Shown here: positions 24,401 through 27,985 of the stretch, in pieces | How the letters are laid out: each line of letters starts with the position of its first letter | How positions within the stretch are numbered: the stretch's first letter is position 1 | NCBI RefSeq assembly: GCF_000181795.1 | Contig: NW_003526944.1 | Location: 1,719,045-1,747,029, forward strand | Direction of reading: 5' to 3' | DNA from: Trichinella spiralis | Lineage: Eukaryota | DNA: 27,985 nt | Notes under the pieces: generated by a model | The model's input: the letters and a program-made list of their open reading frames with translations, nothing else | Databases searched by the model: none | Told to the model about the DNA's origin: nothing | Made by a program: the position numbers and the translations under genes

Positions 24401-25102
24401 TTTGTATATGTTCTTATATTATCATATATATATTTTTTTTGAAATCACTATTATTTTATCATTTTTGTTGCGTGCAGTGTTTTTGAATAAAATCTGACTA
24501 TTCGATCGATGCTCTTTTCAGAACATCCGAGACGGCGTACGTGATGTTATACCAGTTAGCATGCTCGACACAATCAATGCGGAGGATTTTCGACTCTTGC
24601 TTACAGGCCAGAGTGACGTCAATGTGAAATTTTTGAAAAAGTTGACCGTGATTACTGACGAAAGTAGCAGCGCTGCGGCGGACAAGTCGTTACCCAGAGA
24701 AAAGTTTGATCAGTTTAAAAAATGGTTCTGGTCTGTAGTGAGCTCCATGACGGCAGATGAAAAGCAGGTGAGAATTTTATTCTGTTTGTTAATTTCCAAA
24801 TGAGACCTATATTTGTATATAATTTGAATATTGTAATGTCATATTAAATCAAATCTGTATTGAATCCCATCATTTCTTTTTAGGATTTGATCTATTTTTG
24901 GACAGGAAGCCCGACTTTGCCCCCTACAATGGAAGGTTTTATGCCGACACCGAACGTTGTTATTCGCCCACCGGATGACATGTATTTACCGACGGCGAAT
25001 ACGTGCATTTCGCGTCTCTACATCCCGTTGTATTCAAGCAAGAATATTCTGCGACAGAAACTGTTGTTCGCGATTAAGATCAAAACGTTTGGCTTCGTAT
25101 AA
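10847..25102 (+). CDS. UBR5: E3 ubiquitin-protein ligase UBR5 (EDD/hyperplastic discs), about 43 exons, roughly 2600-2700 aa; a possible extra first exon at 10352-10375 would join at 10832
   Basis: N-terminus [12 protein letters not shown] / [22 protein letters not shown] (exons 10847-10908, 10968-11097, 13212-13288). UBA domain [47 protein letters not shown] box [37 protein letters not shown] (about 17810-18085). HECT start [23 protein letters not shown] domain [10 protein letters not shown] (from 22901). Catalytic [12 protein letters not shown] and terminal FGFV* at 25102. Confidence 0.96.
11125..11130 (-). terminator. Probable polyadenylation signal of the nested Shc gene
   Basis: AATAAA on the minus strand about 45 nt after the Shc stop, still inside the UBR5 intron (donor at 11098). 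Confidence 0.6.
11175..12098 (-). CDS. shc-1: SHC-family adaptor (PTB + SH2), intronless CDS, nested antisense in a UBR5 intron; about 307 aa from the first ATG at 12098 (frame open to 12173)
   Basis: Shc-type [75 protein letters not shown]2: [62 protein letters not shown]. Confidence 0.93.
   Translation of the reverse strand: MNCNGPVHSANALRNGLSYDLRYIGRLAVNASMKQIEFNVRSALAKECIWRVCTVANQISSSRHRKVDKELLKYIAAQPNLDAGGQNVRLFISTQSLTVLSLDTDRVLFVHSMPDISFASCGDQATSEFIAYIAKTAEHGRQCYVFECALGAEKEVLATIGQAFALRFEHATQTSMCLNPERSATTVNVVSSAVGSCADRSGVDLSCEPWYHGRITREQSQLLVRQDGDFLVRQSCSDPSQYVLTGMQDGKHRHLLLIDDDGAVRTKDRQFENVPHLINYHRENKLPITSLESALVLRNVIPRTVAI
18401..18431. repeat. (TTA)n microsatellite in a UBR5 intron
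   Basis: About 10 perfect TAT/TTA units. Confidence 0.9.
19899..19946. repeat. Imperfect (ATT)n microsatellite in a UBR5 intron
   Basis: ATT run interrupted by ACT/ATC units, directly after the GTATG donor at 19893. It produces the false poly-Ile, poly-Tyr and poly-Leu tails in the ORF track. Confidence 0.9.
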
Positions 25103-25271
25103 GATGCAGCTAAAAAATAAAATAGGTATATTTACCACCTACATACCTATTTATTCAGAACTTCCTATTTTGTTTATTTATTGTTATTTTTCTCTTCAGT
25201 GTTTTTTTTAAAGTAATTCACATTAGCAACCTGTTCATTTCATATTCATATATTCTCATTCTTATTCATTA

Positions 25272-26122
25272 TCATATTTTACACTGTGCATGTGTGTGCG
25301 TGTGGTTTATTGCATGATTAATAATTGATGATTTCAATGTGAAGAATAACTTCAAAATATGCATTCTACTGTATGGTGGAATATTTGGTATAAAAGAGAT
25401 TTCTGTAGAACACCGCAAGAAACAAGAACACAGGCAGTGAAGAAGAGAAAATATAATTTCATTTAGAATTCATTTTACTTTATCCCGAAAGATGGTTAAA
25501 TAAATTTAAAATGAATAAATTACTGTTTTCAACATTGTCAAAAATGTACAACATGAAAATCATAAACGTTGTGCCTATGCGTGAAAATTACAAACGGTGT
25601 AATGCGACGCTTCACAAGTGCACAACAATTCCACATCGTGGATAGTGTTATTCAAATTATCCAACAAAATGATGATAGACCACAGACAAAACGTATTGAA
25701 ATTCACCGACGAGGAATATGATTTTATGCCACTTGTCAAAGAAACCAAAATGTCGTCGCTTTAATCGCACATAATGGAAATATTTGTGCATAGATACCAA
25801 AACAAACATCTGAAATATGGAACGGAGAAAATTTTACTTTAAGTTCAAGCATATTGTAAAAATATAATTATGAACATTAAATTAAAATTAAAGATACTGT
25901 AATATACAGTACATTGATTGCCAAATCACCGATAAGAAGGATGCAAAGTAAGAGACCAATCAGAGAAAAGCAAATGTTGTACCCGTGGTTAATTTCATTT
26001 GAGTAATTTTGTATGAACTATAGTGCGGCGTAGCAAAAGTACAAGTGAACCAAACTGAATCCAGGTAAAAATTTCAATGATAAAACATACTTTCCTCGTG
26101 TTTTGCATGAACGATAGTATAT
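25272..26122 (-). CDS. 3' part of a multi-exon gene for a hypothetical multi-pass membrane protein; upstream exons probably at about 27447-27500, 27699-27752 and 27823-27887
   Basis: In-phase GT-AG exons: 26122-26091 (ILSFMQNTRK), 26017-25913 (FIQNYSNEINHGYNICFSLIGLLLCILLIGDLAIN), 25809-25707 (MFVLVSMHKYFHYVRLKRRHFGFFDKWHKIIFLV), 25574-25524 (GTTFMIFMLYIFDNVEN), and a tentative last exon 25402-25272. Hydrophobic helices are separated by a basic loop. No family recognised, and the ends are uncertain. Confidence 0.55.
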
Positions 26123-26626
26123 CTGAGCAATTTATTTAAGCATTACATTTGAATTGTAACAAAAATTAAAAAAAAAACAAAATTCCCAATTATGTATATG
26201 TAGTTCAAACGTGAGTTGTGTCAAAAAATGAATTTTCAACTTATTGTTATTAAACTCCGGCGTCTAGACATAACTGTAGAAAATGTCCATTTTTTCAATT
26301 TGCACTTGCGTTTTGCATTGAATTTCATTGTGAACAGAACAGATTGAATATCTCTAAGCGATCAGGGCTTACTATTATCCGAAATAGTGTTTTTCATAGA
26401 GAAAGTTATTTAACTTTACTATTGCATTATATTATTTTTCACGTTAATTCCGCATCGTTAGAAACATTAGGTAAATTAAACTTTTTATCTAGCTAATTTT
26501 TCGCAGTAATCGCACAGTTAGTTTGCTTATGTTTTGGTGAAAAGCTTTCTGGGATGAGTTCCATTTATGTAGGGCATTTTTGAATTTTGAAATTTCAAAT
26601 TCAGCCCTGCGGAGGCGTGTTTTGAC

Positions 26627-27634
26627 TAAGTCAGTGTTTTTGTTATGGTGTTTTCTGCCAGATAGTTTATATTTTGACTGAATTTCAAATAGCAAGGTCA
26701 TTTCTGAATTTTCAAATAGCTGTAATGTAGTTTAATTTGTTACTCTATTTGAATTATCTTTTCAAATCATCTCTTCTTACAAGTCGACATTTAATATAAA
26801 ATGAATTAAAGAGCATTTTATTTCTTGTATTTATATTAACTGTAGTATTTGAAATAAGTTTAGTAAAAAAGATGAAATTAGTGTTTTCTCAATGAGAAGT
26901 GTTTTTATATTTTAATAATTTACGGCTACAGTTAAGATTTTTCTGAAACAAAGTGCATTAGTTAAGTAAATAAATTGCAATGAAAAATGTGCAATAGTGA
27001 TATTTATCAGTAGCTATGAATAAAATAAAAATTTGCATGCGAGTTCATTTGCTTTATTGACACAATGGAAATAATTTTAGTTTGACGCCGTCCGTGGATG
27101 GAAGCACTGCGTATTGATTGGAAAATTAACTTCAGCCAACGTTGAACGCCAAACCATAGATTTGCTTTCTTTCTATTTATTCATTATTATTTTTTGGAAT
27201 AATTTCTGAAAAATAATTTTTCAATCCACATCCAAAGAGCATGAACATGGACAATGCGAAGATGACTCAATTGGCAGTAAGTGGCAGTTCTTTTTACTTT
27301 TATGTCGTAATCACTTCACAATATTGAGCATAATTTCTGAATATACTCTTTATGAATTATCAATATGAGATGATGGGTGACTTAATCAACGACAAATTTT
27401 CGTACAATTAAGTTCGATTTAATAGCATCCTGTATACATTGTTTACCTATTATTAGAAGACGGTCTTTCGAAATTGAATAAGAATTTTCAGTAGCAACTA
27501 ACTGTAAACAAGCTTTTGCCAGAAAATTGCTCGCTTAAAATTTAAGTCAATTTTTTTGTTATAGCGTTTTCTGCCAGATAGTTTATTTTTTGCATAATTG
27601 TAAACGTGAAGGTCATTTTTGAATTTTCAAATAG
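26627..27634 (+). repeat. Two copies of an approximately 92-bp direct repeat (26627-26719 and 27543-27634)
   Basis: Both copies read TAAGTCA..TTTTTGTTAT...GTTTTCTGCCAGATAGTTTAT.TTTTG...AAGGTCATTT.TGAATTTTCAAATAG, about 916 bp apart. Confidence 0.8.
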
Positions 27635-27985
27635 TTTTTATTGATTGAATTGAGCAGTGCATATTATTCTGTTCATATTGTATTGCGGCATAAGTTACAA
27701 TTTATCCTCAGTAAGAAGTTCCAATGCGCAAAAACCGGTTTTGAACGCTGCGCTATGCAAATAACGATCGCCATGAAAGGTGCCTTATCGTCAGTTAGGG
27801 CGCACTTATTCGTTTGACTTACGTGGCAAGTGGTAGCGTCGTGAAGCGTTCTCTGAGTTTATGACGTAAATAGTCGCTGAAGTTCATTTTTAATTGCCGA
27901 AAAGTAATTCCACCTTTTTTCTACTTGTGTTACTTTTCTTCAAAACATTTATATACTCATTTTTATTTTTTAATTAAAAAGAAAT

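Noticed and set aside
3930..25102. Functional clustering of a ubiquitin-regulated chaperone (UNC-45) with an E3 ligase (UBR5)
   Set aside because: Known UNC-45 turnover uses CHN-1/UFD-2. The gap of over 1 kb and adjacency alone do not indicate a linked system.
27241..27282. Plus-strand ATG mini-exon MNMDNAKMTQLA followed by GTAAGT
   Set aside because: No convincing downstream exon in the window, and it lies within the span of the putative minus-strand gene. It cannot be supported from the sequence alone.
1..27985. Prokaryotic-type systems (CRISPR arrays, defence islands, phage), rRNA, tRNA or SL RNA genes
   Set aside because: The sequence is spliceosomal-intron-rich eukaryotic DNA. I recognised no repeat-spacer array, cloverleaf, rRNA or convincing SL/Sm-site structure.

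Overview
This is AT-rich eukaryotic genomic DNA with dense genes and many short (about 55-110 nt) GT-AG introns. It looks like a nematode, probably a Trichinella-like clade I species (inferred from protein similarity and gene architecture, not proven). Splicing exons by hand gives these genes: the 3' part of CDC73/parafibromin (+); an intronless RluA/RPUSD2-type pseudouridine synthase (-); an unrecognised small 2-exon gene of about 78 aa (-); a complete 19-exon unc-45 myosin chaperone (+); a roughly 43-exon UBR5/EDD/hyd HECT E3 ligase (+); and part of a multi-exon membrane-protein gene (-) at the right end. Three observations stand out. (1) A complete, coding-intronless Shc (PTB+SH2) gene is nested antisense in an expanded early UBR5 intron. 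(2) A 303-bp hAT (Charlie/Buster-like) MITE with 16-bp TIRs and a perfect 8-bp TSD sits in unc-45 intron 13. (3) The orphan micro-gene lies directly upstream of RPUSD2 at operon-like spacing. Most ORFs in the supplied track are single exons read through into introns, or antisense shadows of exons.
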